Shown piece by piece: positions 46,101 through 59,000 of a DNA stretch of 64,000 nt. The DNA is taken from assembly GCA_030141605.1 (NCBI GenBank), contig JAQGDQ010000152.1, positions 310,001 to 374,000 of the forward strand, written 5' to 3'. Numbering within the stretch: position 1 is the first letter of the stretch; every line of letters starts with the position of its first letter. The position numbers and the translations under genes are program-made. Origin of the DNA: Tubiluchus corallicola. Lineage: Eukaryota > Animalia > Priapulida. The notes under the pieces are model-generated. The model was not told where the DNA came from and did not search any database. It worked only from the letters and a program-made list of their open reading frames with translations.

Positions 46101-49100
46101 ACAGCAAAATAAATTAAGCACTTCATGCACTTTGTCAAGCTATCTGTGGCTGCAAGTTCTCTGCAAGTGCGGTGAAAAACATCAAAATTGTCACAAGGTT
46201 TCTCCTTTTGCTGAAAATGCAGGCACCTGTTTCAAGAAACAGAAATTGTGATAATGGGAATTTGCGCTTTTGTTTTAGTCTCAAATTTACCAGGACTGGC
46301 TTTGTGCACACGTATTAATGACAGTCTAATATCTTGAAAATGAAATTTATTGCGGATTGGTTTTGAACAATATTGTTCAGTATCAAAGCATCTAAGACGC
46401 AGAAATTTAGCGGAATTTATAAACAACTTTGAAGTACAATTCAGTAATTAAATGCCAAACGATGGCCATTTTCAAGTACCAGCCCACCTTGGTACCTATG
46501 AGATTCGGCCAGTGTTTGCAAACATAGTTAAAATCCTGGCCAAAGGACATACATATGGTGATTTTGCAACACTGGAAGATTTGCAAATAAAATGTGTCGG
46601 GCCTAAATTAAGCGGCCAAGATGAGTACGTGCGCTCTCTACTGCTGAAATGCACTTCGTATTGTTCTCCTTTAACATCACTGGGAAAATTCTATACTGTT
46701 AATGAGCTGCACCACACTACCAATGTTATTTTCTACTTTCTGTAGCTTTAAACATCTGGTAATTAAGTCTTGTCATACATTTGCTGTGAATTTCGTTTTG
46801 ATTTTTTTTTCAGGTTACTATTTATGAGTCCTGTTGTGGCAAAGTGGGATATCTGGACGCTAATATGGGTGGTTGGCGTTAGTGATTTCGTCGTCAAGTT
46901 CGCTGCTATTGCTTTCAAAGCATTGGTGGCTATGCTTCCAAACAGGATAATTCCTTTTAAAAAACGGGTAAAACATCTTTTTATACAGTTAGGCTGCCTG
47001 GAAGCATTCAGTGGTGAGGGTTACTTATTGCAGAATCTGTAGATGATTGACCCGTCCTAAATACTACAACCCTCTGAGATGAAATACTGAATGTGACTTG
47101 ATTACATTTGGACTCGCGTTCATCTTCCTTCGACGAAGGTTATAACTGGCAATAGTTAAAACTGGTTAGAAGTAGTTCTCTCTATGGTCACCTATTCAGC
47201 TAACAACTAGGTTCAACTTTACTCAACTTTTGTCACTGAGCACTCAAGACGGCCATTTATATTTTAAACCTTTCAGTCCCAAATTATTTTTTAATAAGAA
47301 AATTGTTTTTGGCTTGCTACTTTTGTTCGGTATGTCCATCTTGTTTACACATAATATTATTTTTTTCTACCTGTGTCCGCGTGCTAAATATAGCCTGTAT
47401 CCCACGGGATACATTGGGATTCAGTGGAAGAGTGAAATGTGCTTCATTTTGCAACTGCTGATAATTTTTTAAAGTATTTAAGACATTTAGTATGCATGCT
47501 ATGCTGATCTGTACAAAGTCGTTTCTAAAGTACTGTACCTTGAGCAGTTTTTTATGCTATGTAGATTTTCTAGTTTGCCATTTTATCACCATTTTTAGTC
47601 TATTGTTATTGGCTTAAATCAAAATAACTATTAACAGATCAAATAACTGTCAGTTTTAAAATTTTGTTAATTTTAAAGGCAGAAAATATTCTTGTATCCC
47701 ACGGGATACAACGGGTATGAAAGGGTTAATTGAAAGTAGAATGTAGTTGCAGTTAATGTAAATAGAAGTTTACATCTGCAGTTGAAGCTGCTTGCTTTTA
47801 ACTGTGTACTTTTACTAAATGTCAGAAATCGAAAAGGTTCAAATTTGAATCTGATTTTAAGATTATTTCTGCAATGGAACCAAAAACTTTCTTGTTTCTC
47901 GAAACTAAAGTGACATTCAACATGATTTTAAAGTAATTTTTGTAATAAATTCGAATTCAAGTTTTGATTATTTCATAAGTGAAACCCAATTAAATTTGAG
48001 AAATGATCTTTGGCAGCAGAAAAACGTGAATTTCACTTTCTGGGAAAGTGTTAAGAAATTCTCAAACTGGGTTGACTAACTGTTAATAACAAAAGTTTGG
48101 AAAACTTAATTAGAAACATTGTTTTAATAAATTTTTATGTTTAATGCTGCTTAGCATTATGTGAGAGTTTGGACAACTTTCACTTTCAACACTTACTGTG
48201 TGATGCTCAAATTCAGTAAGTGTGCTGTGCTGTAAGCAAGTTTTTCTGAAAACAAAAGAAGAACTATTAGTATTTTCTTTGCCATTAGCACCCTTTGTAA
48301 TACGATGTGCATTTAAAACTGGGAAATTTTGTTTGGACGTGCACTAAGTATGTATAGTAACGTAGCTTATTCTGAATATGCTGAATCTGTGCTCTTCTTA
48401 TAGGGTAGGTTTTACATGATCATAGAGGAAGTATCACACTTTTATCGAGCATTCTTGCCCGTCAACCCATGGGTATACTACCTCAGTGATTCTACTGGAA
48501 GTGGAGGTCTCGTGTTCGCTATTGTTCTAGTTCTTGTCTACTCCATTTGTAAAGTAAGTTTTTACACTTGCAAGTACATATTTAATCAAGCAATTTCAAG
48601 CCTTGTTGAAATTTGACTCGACAAAATAAGTAGTGTACATTTGTTTTGTTCCAGGGGTTACGGCTGATACAGAAATTGAAAGAATTTTCCAAAGCTGTAA
48701 AAAAATTCCTTCAAAAAACTGTAAGTACAAGCATACGTAGTTAATTATATAAAATACTTATCTGCAAGCCAGGGGTGTGCAAATTATCTGGCTAGCCGGG
48801 CCACATTAAACTTTCCCGCAATTCCTGTGGGCCACATGCTGTTTGGTCAAGGAGCCAAGTACAGTAGGACCTAATAACGATTTCTTGCATCCGATTTGCG
48901 CACATCATCACTACTGCACTACTACACTCAAGAAACTATTTTAGAAGTTATTAAAATTTATATTAAAAACCATATATTTCGTCATGTCCGACAGTGACAT
49001 TAAGTGACAACGGTCTTGTAAGGGTTAATGCCATCCGATCTAGGGGAAAAACTACCCGCACTATCTTTGCGATATTGGTGCAGACTTCAGCTGGATTGCG

Positions 49101-50845
49101 TGGGCCGCACTTTCATTACATTGACAAACCTCTTCGCGGGCCGCACAAGATCTCTCGGCGCGCCGCAAGTGCCCCGCGGGCCGCAGTTTGCACACCCCTG
49201 CTGTAAGCCAATGGAAAAAATCTGTATTTAAGATGCATAAAGATGGTGTCAAGGAACTATTCTTGGCTTTATAACTGGCTAAAATGTAGTGTCTCTACAA
49301 ATTAAAATTTCTAGTTTTGTTTAAATTCATCACCAAGTTCATAAAGTTTGTCACTAAACTGGCTAAAGTTTGGCCATGAACTGAGAACATTTGATCATTT
49401 TCTTCATTTGTAATCAGAAGAGCTACCAGCTTAATTGTTTCATAATAGATTTTAGCTTGAAATGAATGAACTTAGGAGACAAGAAAACACTTTTCATAAG
49501 TGAAGCTTAAAAATTCTTGATTTCTATACATACTGTCTTATTGTATACAGGGCTTGAGTTAGCAGTAATGCTGTGTGGATTTAAATTTCTCCCATGACCA
49601 TTAGGCACAGCCATTTTGCCAACAAGTCATTTGAAACAAGTTTAGATAAAAATGAATAAAGTTTTTCAAAATAACCAGAACATTTGTGGCACACTTTTCG
49701 CTAAATAAAAGTGTAAATTATTTTATATTGTCAGTAAGAGTAATGTGTTCATGAGTGAACCAGCAGTGCACACTCGGATGTTGATACAGTGATGTTTTAC
49801 CAGTTGGCTTGAACATTTTCTTGAATTTTTTCCGCATTTTCTTTTCCAATTACAAAAGTTTTTAAACAGGTAAGCATATTATTAACTAATATTAACTTTG
49901 TATGGAAATTTCTTTGGGAATACTATAAAATTCCCTGTTCTTCCCTTTTAACATGTTTTACTTTGTTTAACCCGTCACAATTAATGTTTGATTCCCAGAG
50001 TTACGGTGTCATCCCAGGGAAAGACGACTTGCATAATTCGGGAAGCACCTGTCCGATCTGCCAAGATCAACTTTGTGATCCAATTATGCTAAACTGTAAG
50101 GTAAGTTTGAGGATAAATATTTAAAACTTAAATTGATATTTTTTGGAGCGAAGTTTGCATTATCGAAAGCGCGCTCGGCTTTAGTGGCAGAAATTTTCAC
50201 TGTAAAAAAAGGCGGGTGGTGTCCTTTAATATAAGTACCTAGCAAGCAAAATTGAGCTGAAATGTGTGAAAACTGCCCAAAAACAGTGTTTTGTCTAACT
50301 GATGCTGTTTGTACAAGAGTGACATCGTCAGCAGATGGTGACCCATAATCATTTGCTCTAGAGAAGTTAAGTTGAACTTGAATCATGATGAACTTAAGTT
50401 TATTAACTTGGAACTGGAAAGTTTTTCTCCAATGGCTTGTAGTGTAAATTTCTGGGTATGAAAAGTCGTATTTTATGTGATGCAATGGCTAGGATAGGTC
50501 TTGGGTTCAAGTACCAGTATAGGTGCAATGATTTTTCAGACTTTCTAATTTAGTATTGTGGTTATTTCATTCATGCTTTGCTATGGTTGAACCAAGTGTT
50601 TATTTTTAAATGTTTATGTTTTTGTAATAAGTGAAGTAGTGTCATTCCGTATTTGTAACTTATGGCATTTTCTTATGTAAAAATCGGCGATAAAAACTTT
50701 GTTATATTTTCAGCATATCTTTTGTGAGGAATGTGTGTCCGCTTGGTTCGACCGTGAGCGCACGTGCCCCATGTGCCGTGCAAATATCATCGACGATCCA
50801 AAGTGGAGAGACGGCGCCACCGTCGGTACGCTGCAGATATTCTAA
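36531..50845 (+). CDS. RNFT2: RING finger and transmembrane domain-containing E3 ligase, RNFT2-like (RNFT1/2 family), about 434-449 aa
   Basis: Probable micro-exon 36531-36548 (ATG GCG GTA GCA ACT AAG|GTGGGT, in frame); alternative start at 37654. Exons 37627-37797, 39525-39672 (His-rich tract as in RNFT2), 40873-41103 (EKYIPFMMLLLIK..EHRLG), 42535-42611, 45038-45138, 46814-46967 (WVVGVSDFVVKF), 48404-48553, 48655-48720, 49999-50100 (CPICQD...PIMLNCK), 50714-50845 (HIFCEECVSAWFDRERTCPMCR...WRDGAT, TAA). Confidence 0.93.
38116..38491. mobile_element. Tigger/pogo-like MITE in a RNFT2 intron
   Basis: TA|CAGTCAACCCTCGTTAAACCAGAC ... GTCCGGTTTAACGAGGGTCGACTG|TA. Confidence 0.9.
38913..39411. repeat. 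56-bp minisatellite, about 9 copies
   Basis: Unit GAAATTCTCTAATTAGGTTATTACAAGAAAGCTAAATATGTAAAGACGAAACTACT. Confidence 0.96.
40172..40516 (-). mobile_element. Short non-autonomous RTE-derived retroelement (5'UTR + 3' tail) within (TA)n
   Basis: GC-rich island flanked by (TA)n on both sides; the minus strand ends CCATTGTCTTCCGAGACAGAAGGATGCCAACC(AT)n and contains GCCAACCTGGTGCCAAACGTATCGCT and GCCTGGGCAA...TTGCCCAGGC, which I recall as RTE-clade 3' and 5' ends. Confidence 0.65.
42693..44954. mobile_element. About 2.26-kb Tc1/mariner-pogo-like element containing the 45-bp array
   Basis: Left CGGTATAATCTGCTTATAAC versus reverse complement of right CAGTATAATCTACTTATAAC (18/20 match). Confidence 0.55.
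43968..44603. repeat. 45-bp minisatellite, about 14 copies
   Basis: Unit GGTTTCAGCTACATCTTTCAAGCTAATGTGCTGAAGTTTAGCAAA. Confidence 0.97.
45335..45834 (+). mobile_element. hAT (Buster/Charlie-type) MITE, copy 2
   Basis: TIR CAGGGGCGTGCAAATT...AATTTGCACGCCCCTG, perfect 8-bp TSD CTATACAT; body nearly identical to copy 1. Confidence 0.93.
47268..47725. mobile_element. piggyBac-like MITE
   Basis: TTAA|ACCTTTCA ... TGAAAGGG|TTAA; two internal TGTATCCC-AC-GGGATACA palindromes (about 47396 and 47693). Confidence 0.5.
48770..49200 (-). mobile_element. hAT (Buster/Charlie-type) MITE, copy 3 (inverted)
   Basis: Same TIR; TSD CTGCAAGC/CTGTAAGC (1 mismatch). Confidence 0.9.
49548..49720 (+). mobile_element. 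Dispersed repeat fragment; homologue at about 63830-63990, similar start at 8186
   Basis: ATGACC(A/G)TTAGGCACAGCCATTTT...TCATTTGAAACAAGTTT shared; CAGGGCTTGAGTTAGCA start is hAT-like. Confidence 0.5.
50481..50545 (+). mobile_element. tRNA-derived SINE-like fragment; similar B-box remnants at about 33150-33170 (+) and 51880-51900 (-)
   Basis: B-box-like GGTTCAAGTACC, GGTTCAAATCC and GGTTCGAGTT without a foldable cloverleaf. Confidence 0.35.
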
Positions 50846-52048
50846 CGTCTTTCGTTTAGAGTTCAATTACGTGCTTTTAATTTCTGATTGATTAACTTGT
50901 GGCTTAAAAATTGTATCAAAAATAGAAGCTTAATTTATTATGTGAAATTTTGGAAGCAAATAATGTGGTGATTTTTTGAAATGACAACATTTCTTGTAAA
51001 CTTTCCTGCTTTTGTTTTTTAAATTACTATCAATTTCATGAAACCAAAGGGAAAACCGTTTGTTAATTTATAACGACTAGATCTGTCACCTGCTGTTTTT
51101 AACTGTAAACACCCTGGTTAGTACGTTACATAAGCTAACCAATGTTTGTTGTTAGTCTGAACTGTTATACTTGTATTATAATCATAATGGTGAAATGAAT
51201 AAATGCTTGTTTTTGATTTTAAGTATTTTGCATGGATAATGTAAATATCTGACATATGAAGCAAAATTGGGTGATACACCTGCAAATGAAGCTAAGAGAA
51301 GTGGTTCCCTGTTTTTACAAAGATTTTTTCACAGGAGGTTGAACTCCAGTGCGAATTTATCTCATTTTCCATTTGGCACAAAGCCTTTTCCTATTCGATT
51401 TCGTACATTCTGATATATGATTATGCACATTTACCAAAGTGTAAATTTATGTTGTTTAAGATCTGGTATGTATTGGTTTTACATGCTTTGAAGACTGCAA
51501 AAATAAACAAAATCAAAACCAGCTAAAACACGCACATTTACTATGGTGAAATAGTATTAATTTAATGCAGACAAAAACCATTATTACAACAATTTTATTA
51601 TTGGATATGTACATTCACAAGTTCAGCAAATTGAGATACAAATTGTAATACATATCTGTACATGCTTCATAGGAAACTGATTTCCATTTGCTAACATAAT
51701 ATACAAATGATTGCCAGCACCTAGTTAAGCAAAGACACGAGATTTATTCAATCACAACATGCAACATTTCGACATGCTGTATCACGCAACAACCCACCTA
51801 AATAAAAATACAGTGTAAAAGATACAAAAATCAATATTGTGACAAGAAAATAAGCCAAATGATAGAAAAAATAGTTTGGTAACTCGAACCCGATACCTGT
51901 GGGTGTTAATATGAGAAACCTTTGCATCAAAAATCATGAACAACACTGTGAACGAGCTGCAGACGTTGGCAACCATTTTTATGTTAAGAATATGTTTTTC
52001 TCATCACCATTCACTTGCCAACATAAGTGTGGAAGGAAAGCAGTCAGC

Positions 52049-52084
<36 letters not shown>

Positions 52085-52108
52085 CTGAGCTAGCCAGAAA
52101 AGAAATTA

Positions 52109-52768
52109 CAGTCTAGTCTCGTTATCTCGCCAATGTCCGTCTAGGGCAAATTTTTGGCGAGAGGCAAGTATGGCGAGATAACGGGAATATAACGAAGTTA
52201 GTCTATATGTATATACATAATAGTTGATTAACATAGTGTTCCTCTATGTACATATAAAATATATTTCGCATTATGATACCAATCAACATTAAATCAGAAA
52301 TGAAAAAATGTCATAAAAATAATCTTAGAATGTTACTTTTTTATTTAAAAAACCTTTTTCGAGTATACACTTAAACGCATCTTTGGTGTTATAGAGTAAG
52401 GATATCGGTGATGTTTTAGTTTCTCTGCACATTAACCAACCACAGCACTCCTAATCTAATCCTGGTGAGACACACACTAGATTAATTATGTCTGTCTATC
52501 GAGTACAGCAGCATTGTCTACATACCGCGGTTATATTGATTGACACGCTGTATATGTATTGATCGATTCACCTCTGAGTTTGTCTGTTTGGCGACATAAT
52601 GAATATAGTTTACATAAGCACTCATCCTAGCATGATGTGGCGAGGGCGAGAAGCGAGGGTGGCGACTTAACGAGGTAAATATCAAAGCAGGAAATGCGTC
52701 CTGGTACTTTCTATGGCGAGAGACGAGTTTCGCGGCATAACGAGGGGCGAGATAACAAGGCTAGACTG
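52109..52768. mobile_element. Tigger/pogo-like MITE just downstream of the SMARCB1 stop
   Basis: TA|CAGTCTAGTCTCGTTATCTCGCC ... GGCGAGATAACAAGGCTAGACTG|TA. Confidence 0.9.
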
Positions 52769-53008
52769 TATATATAATTATATAATATAAAATTACTGCA
52801 CATTTGATTGTTTCTCCATCGGCCATGAAGGCTGGCAGAATTCTGTAGACCAGAGAATTAAAACAGCGTAACAAGAGCTACTGAGTAAATTATACATTTC
52901 GCTTTTACATTCACTTCAATGGTCTCTACTGTTCAGTTGCTCCTCACAGAAAGAGGGAAAGATTGTTTCACTATAAAACAGGTATAAATATTCAGGGAAT
53001 GATTACGG

Positions 53009-56000
53009 TTATGTCCACGCTGGAGCTGTATTTGCCAGTCTTCTCATGCGTCTGAAATAAATCATAAATTGAAGTACAGCTTCTGCAAACATCTAGTGCA
53101 TTATTTGATTAATTATTTTTCACACACGATACACAGAATTGTCTATTCTGTACATATTGTTTATTCTACACATATTTAAAGTGTAATAGTAGTAGAGGCG
53201 GAGACAAATAGATAACCCAAGACATCATAAACAGTATTTCTTAAGGCCAATCAAAAAAGACTCAACATCAGGGCTCTGACTGGCAGAAATTATTATATTT
53301 CGATGACAAAGAAGATGCCTATCATTAAATTTTTGTTTAGCAGTCACGATACAATTTTTATTTGCATTAGTATTATAGACAAGACTTGTCCGGGAGCTTT
53401 AAAAATTGCAACCTATTGACTTCCAAAAACACCTATTCCAAAACACATTTGGCACTCCATGTAAAAAATTTAAAGTTCATGAAGAAATGTTAGTAATGCA
53501 CACATTGTTTTCTTGAAGTTCAAAGTGAGAACAATGACAATGAAATGTACAGAATTATGGACAGCTATAGAAAACTGAAAAGTAAACAAAATACTCGATA
53601 CTGGTAAAGTTTATCTAAGCTAAATTCCTGAGGCAATGATATGTAAATTTAACTATACTCAAAGCTTAGCAATTCCCACAAAATCAACTTGCTAATTCAC
53701 AAGCAAGTAGTTTAAAGGCAGCAAAAAATGCCAGCAGCAGTTGTTCTAGTTATTAAGATAAATACAGCATGAAATTGGTACCTTGTATTTCTATCTTGAT
53801 CACGGATCTTTTTCTCCATTTCTGCATCAGTTAGCGTCTCCAGGAAGGGCGACCACTGTTCTGCCTCGGCCTGGGTTCGAAACGGAACTTCGACTGTCGG
53901 TAATGGAGATTCACTGGAAGAAATCGGATCGTAAAGCGGCTTGCTTGAAAATAATGAGACAAAAGCTGACACGTGGTAATGTTAAATTAACGCATAAACA
54001 CAAGCTTTGAATTCGCTTGCGAAAAACAGAAAGCAAACAACAACAACACAACATTCACGACTACAAAGGCCGATCTTAACAACAGCACAAGAAATACTAG
54101 TACAAGCAGCTAATAGGTAAAACAACGTGCACTTATCAGTAAAAGCAAAACAACAAGGTAAAATAGAAAAATGCTGCTAACACAGTCAGCATTCGATTTT
54201 AGACAGATGAGTCTGATTTTAACAAAGTTGTAACAAGGTAAGAAAATATAATAAGTCATTTTATTTGGTGTTCAAATGTTTTTAAGGATGTCATCGTTGG
54301 AATTTTATTCATTATTAGATATTACAGTAATCAGTCCTTTGTATAATCATTTTTATTTTCTTGACTAGATGAAAAACAAAGCATGCAGTAGAAGTACTAG
54401 TGCACATAAAAAAATAAACTGTTATCAATGCTGAACATTCTACAAATGAAAATACACATCATTCCAACAAAGCTAGTTTCTAATAAAGCTTGAAACAAAA
54501 GCCATTTCTTGTGGGAAATGTAAAATATTTCAGTTTCAAAATTTTTGGCACTAAATCTGAGCGTGTAAATTTTATTTTGAAAGCTGACAAGAACACAAAC
54601 ATTTTTATGGATATTAATGCATCCTAACTCATAAGGAAAATGAAAAAACAAAGTAGAAAAGTTTGACTGAAGTACATTCAAGGGGAAGCAGCAGGCTTAC
54701 ATGCAAAAAAGAAACAGTATAATGTACATGTCACGAGCGAAAAAAACTTCCATCTGCCAGAAATTATTCTCGCTGCAGCAAAGTTTAAAGCAATTTTCCA
54801 GACTTAAAGAATATAGAAGTAAGAAACATTTTCCAACCTTGATTCCCCTTGGCTGCTGTAAAGAAGAAAAGACTAACAGATGGTTTGGTCTCCATTTATT
54901 CACCTCAAAACTGTCATTGAGAAAACTCACAATGCAATTTACCACAAAATAGAAATGTTACGTGCAGCTATTTTTAGTCTTGACAGCAGTAAGCTTGGAT
55001 TTAAAGTTAGTTTAAAAAAGCTTAATTCAAACATTAATGCAAGGAAAATCCAAAAGAGTACAGTTTGAGTTTAGTGATGACAGAATGCATATTATGCAAA
55101 AGCCTTCACCAAGTGTTATAAGTATCTAGGCACTAACACTACAAAAACAATGGGCAAAATGTTTGCTTAGGAAAGGCAGTAGAGTAGTCCAACCAATTCG
55201 GCAATTTAGCTACGTATCATGAGCTTTTAATTACAGAAATTACTATGACAAACAAACGTCACCCATGAAATGTACAATATACTGCAACAAACGGTAAACG
55301 TGACCTGACATTGTTCCAGAAAAACTGTTAAACCAAAACGGAAGCAATTTTTTTCAACTTTCTCCCAAACAACTTTTGTTCACTAAATCTCCAGTGTTAC
55401 AATGAATCAAGGACTTGTAATTTTTACTGTTTACCTCAGGTAAAAAACTAGATTAGAAATTATTACTTAGACGAGTCAACTTCTTTGCTTAGCAACTGAT
55501 TATAAGGCAAATGCCTAGAATCTTGATTCAGGTTTATCAACAGCCTTTAAATTTGTGTTTTGCTACATTGACTGCACCAGCAGCATCAGTCTTAGTTGTT
55601 AAAGCAAAACCGGACCCATGTAAAACTGCAGGTCAAAACAATCTACTCTTCAATATATTGAAAGAAACATACTATTTTTTCATCGTAATTTCACATTCGC
55701 GCCGCTAGTTCTATGCATTTCACCATTCGCTAGTTAGACAGGCACTAGCTTTCGGAAAAGTGTTGCAGAAAAAACAAGTACTGTAGCTTTTAGTTCGGAG
55801 GTGTTTGTTTGTGATGTGCTGCACACATTCGACAGCTCATGTGTGAGCACACTGGTAAATTTGAAATTTGAAATTTTGCCTTAAAACTTGTCCTGTTTTA
55901 GTACAACACACTGAATCTCTTGCGGTAGTGCTGTACTTCAATTTTCGTTTTCGCAAACACGCGCAACACGCTCATGGAGTATTTTTGCTGTTGAAAATTA

Positions 56001-59000
56001 TGTTAGTTTGTGATGTCATCAATAGTTGGGCTTGCCTGTAGTTAATTAAGTTTTTAATTGTATATTTAATTATCAGAAATGCTTTAACAGTATTAATTGT
56101 GTGAAAATGTATACTTTATATGGGATTTGAAAATGGGGTTGTATGCAAAAAATCTTCCTGTCTACCAATAAGTTGCTAATCTGCTGATTTAGTATTTTTG
56201 CTTGCATGTGTTTCTATGTCTGCTTTGAGCTTCTGCTTTAAAAACTCTCTAGTAGTTGATGTTGTGAATTTCTGGAACAATTTCTCCAAAGCCTTGCCAT
56301 ATTGTTGCAGTTAAAATGTATACTTTTTACTTTACATGAAGTGGGGTAGTACATGCAAAATTATCCTGCCTTCCTTTAATTTAAAAATATTTTGTTGCAT
56401 TTTCAGTAACATACGTATACGAGTGTGTTATTTCACAATCAATCATACAGTCACTGTGCTAACGTATTTCTGGGCAGCAATACTTTCACTTCTTAAATAT
56501 TGTTAACCTAGTTTTTCATGCATAGCAGTTTTACTATCCCTCTACACGTGATTTTCCTATCATAAAAACACTTAACTCCCAGCTTCACACTCATGTGATG
56601 ACAAAAAACTTTCCATTTAGTTAACACTATTCACAGAGACGATGTGAGGCCACTATTGGTAACATTGTGCTACATTAAAGACACACATTTATAACTGAAA
56701 CTCCCAAAACAGCCGCAAGGTGGTGTAATAAACAGTGCTTTACCAATGCATATGTGATAGTAAGTTATATATTTTGTAGATGTAAAAAGCTGGTTTCCTA
56801 AACATTTAACAATAGAAAGATTGGAAGTCAGTAATCATAAATTAAATGACAGTTTGTTGTGACTACTAGGAAAAGAACGGCACACAAAAAATCAGCAGAA
56901 CTGTAAGAGAGCTGGTCATTTCCTCGTTGTGTGAGAGATGGTCAGCCAGTCAGCAGAACAAATTCAAAGGCTTTAATCACTCAAATTTTTATTTCAGAAA
57001 AACATCTTTAATAAAGACGAAAAACGTGACTTATATTATGAGTAGTTATCCTAGTTAAAAAAGCACTGATTTCCATTACTTTCGTCTTATTAACTATGAA
57101 CAAAATCACTAGTGACAACAATATGTCTTCTACTATTGAAATTAGAAGTCTGAGTAGCGTACTTTCATTTTTCAATTATTACTTTAAAGTTTTTATTGCT
57201 TTTTCTCAATTTTTATTCCGTATATGTAATAAAGAGAGTATTAATTCTGTCTTTGACTCTAGAATTTACAATTCATCAACAAGTCAAAAATCTCATCCAG
57301 GTTTTCTGGAGCAAATAAATAAGGATTTGTAGCACACAGCATCAAGATATTCAACTTTTTTCATTTTGAGTCATGCGTATATAATCTTGAAGAATGACAC
57401 GAGATGAACACTGTTAAATGTAAGTCCAAAAAATCTGATGGCTAATTTCATTCACAATGTTTCATGAATATGTTTCATGGTATACCTACCGGACACGGGG
57501 GCGTATTACCCAATAGGCTAACTACGCCACAGCAATGGGCGCCGAAGTTTGAGGGGCGCTACATTTTAGGCGCTGAATTTTTAAAAAAATCTTATTCTCC
57601 TTGGAAAATGTGCATCCATTCATATTCATGTAAAACAAGCATTGTATAACACACCACAGGCAGTTACAGAGACAAGTAGCTATATAAGGAACAAGTACAA
57701 AGTGCTACATAACAAGCAGTTGCCCAGCCTTTTTTGTATGTAAGTTCATATATACACGTAATTAACAACGACGACGTAGAAAATAGGTTAGTAATATTAA
57801 GAATACACCACAAATAATTGTTTAGCCTCTTCAGTACGTAATCAATCATAAAGTGACAATACAGATTGGGCAGAACAGATCTATCAGCCCAGGGTGTCAC
57901 GAAGAATTGATATGGCCTTGACCGGACATACCATGAACTCTGGTGAAACAGCCCAAGAAAAAACTTATAATGTTCGAAAATTATCTAACCTGAAAGCATA
58001 CGTTCTCTGATGCCAGCTCAACTGACCACGTATACTGTACGCGATAGCCGTGACAAACTCGCCACCTAGGCCCAACTCTCCGCACAGTTTGAGCGCAAAC
58101 TCCTCTGGACTGTTCCGCTCCTCCGACATGTCCCACTCAAACTGATCGACAAGCGAGATGTTGCCAACGTGAATGTTCAACTGAAATTATAAAACATAAA
58201 GTGTTCATATCGTATATATTAATTTCGCTGGAACATATATATCTGCGACGACCGCACCATTTTCGACGATATATACATCAAACGAAAAGTCTCCACCCAA
58301 GGGTTCGCACCTGGGGGTTTATTTTTCGAATTGGGCCTTCCGGGAGGAAGGGGGGGCTAGGCAAAAAACCTCCAAAAAATGGCCATTTTTCGGCCGTTTT
58401 TCACCAAAAAAATTGCAAAACTTATACCTCTTCTTTCTTGAGAACGGGAACACGTCGGGAGTGGTGTCGGTAATGGTTGAACAGTCATATTTAAATTTCG
58501 CAGTCATGCTACGGCATCCAGCGACTGGCGTTTTCCCAGACCCAACTCCCGATTTTTTCGAAATTTTGGCCAAACTGCCTGTAGAAAAAACGTTCTAGCG
58601 GCGCTCAGTGGAACTCTTGGAAGGAGATATATGGCTCTTTAGAAAGAGAAAGAACTGGGCTATACGATGGTGTGAGCTGCATTTTAGGACGTCTCCACCA
58701 TGAGAAGCTGTGATGAGTTGATTGGAGGTTCCATTTCAGGCGATTTTCGCTTGGAAAACTGCTGACGCAAAGCCATTGTTCTGACGTCATCCATCATACT
58801 CTGTTTATAACCTTATAATTTTAATTCATTAAAAGCTGCTAATGGCTTTGTGTTAGAAATGAGGACTATGTAGGATGTTCGCGCATTGTTGATTATAAGT
58901 GTATTTATACGCAAATTTTTTTGCAGGGCCTTTGCTAGTTATATATTATTATAAAGATTCTGTAAAGACATATATATCCAGTCCATGGTGGTTGTCTATG

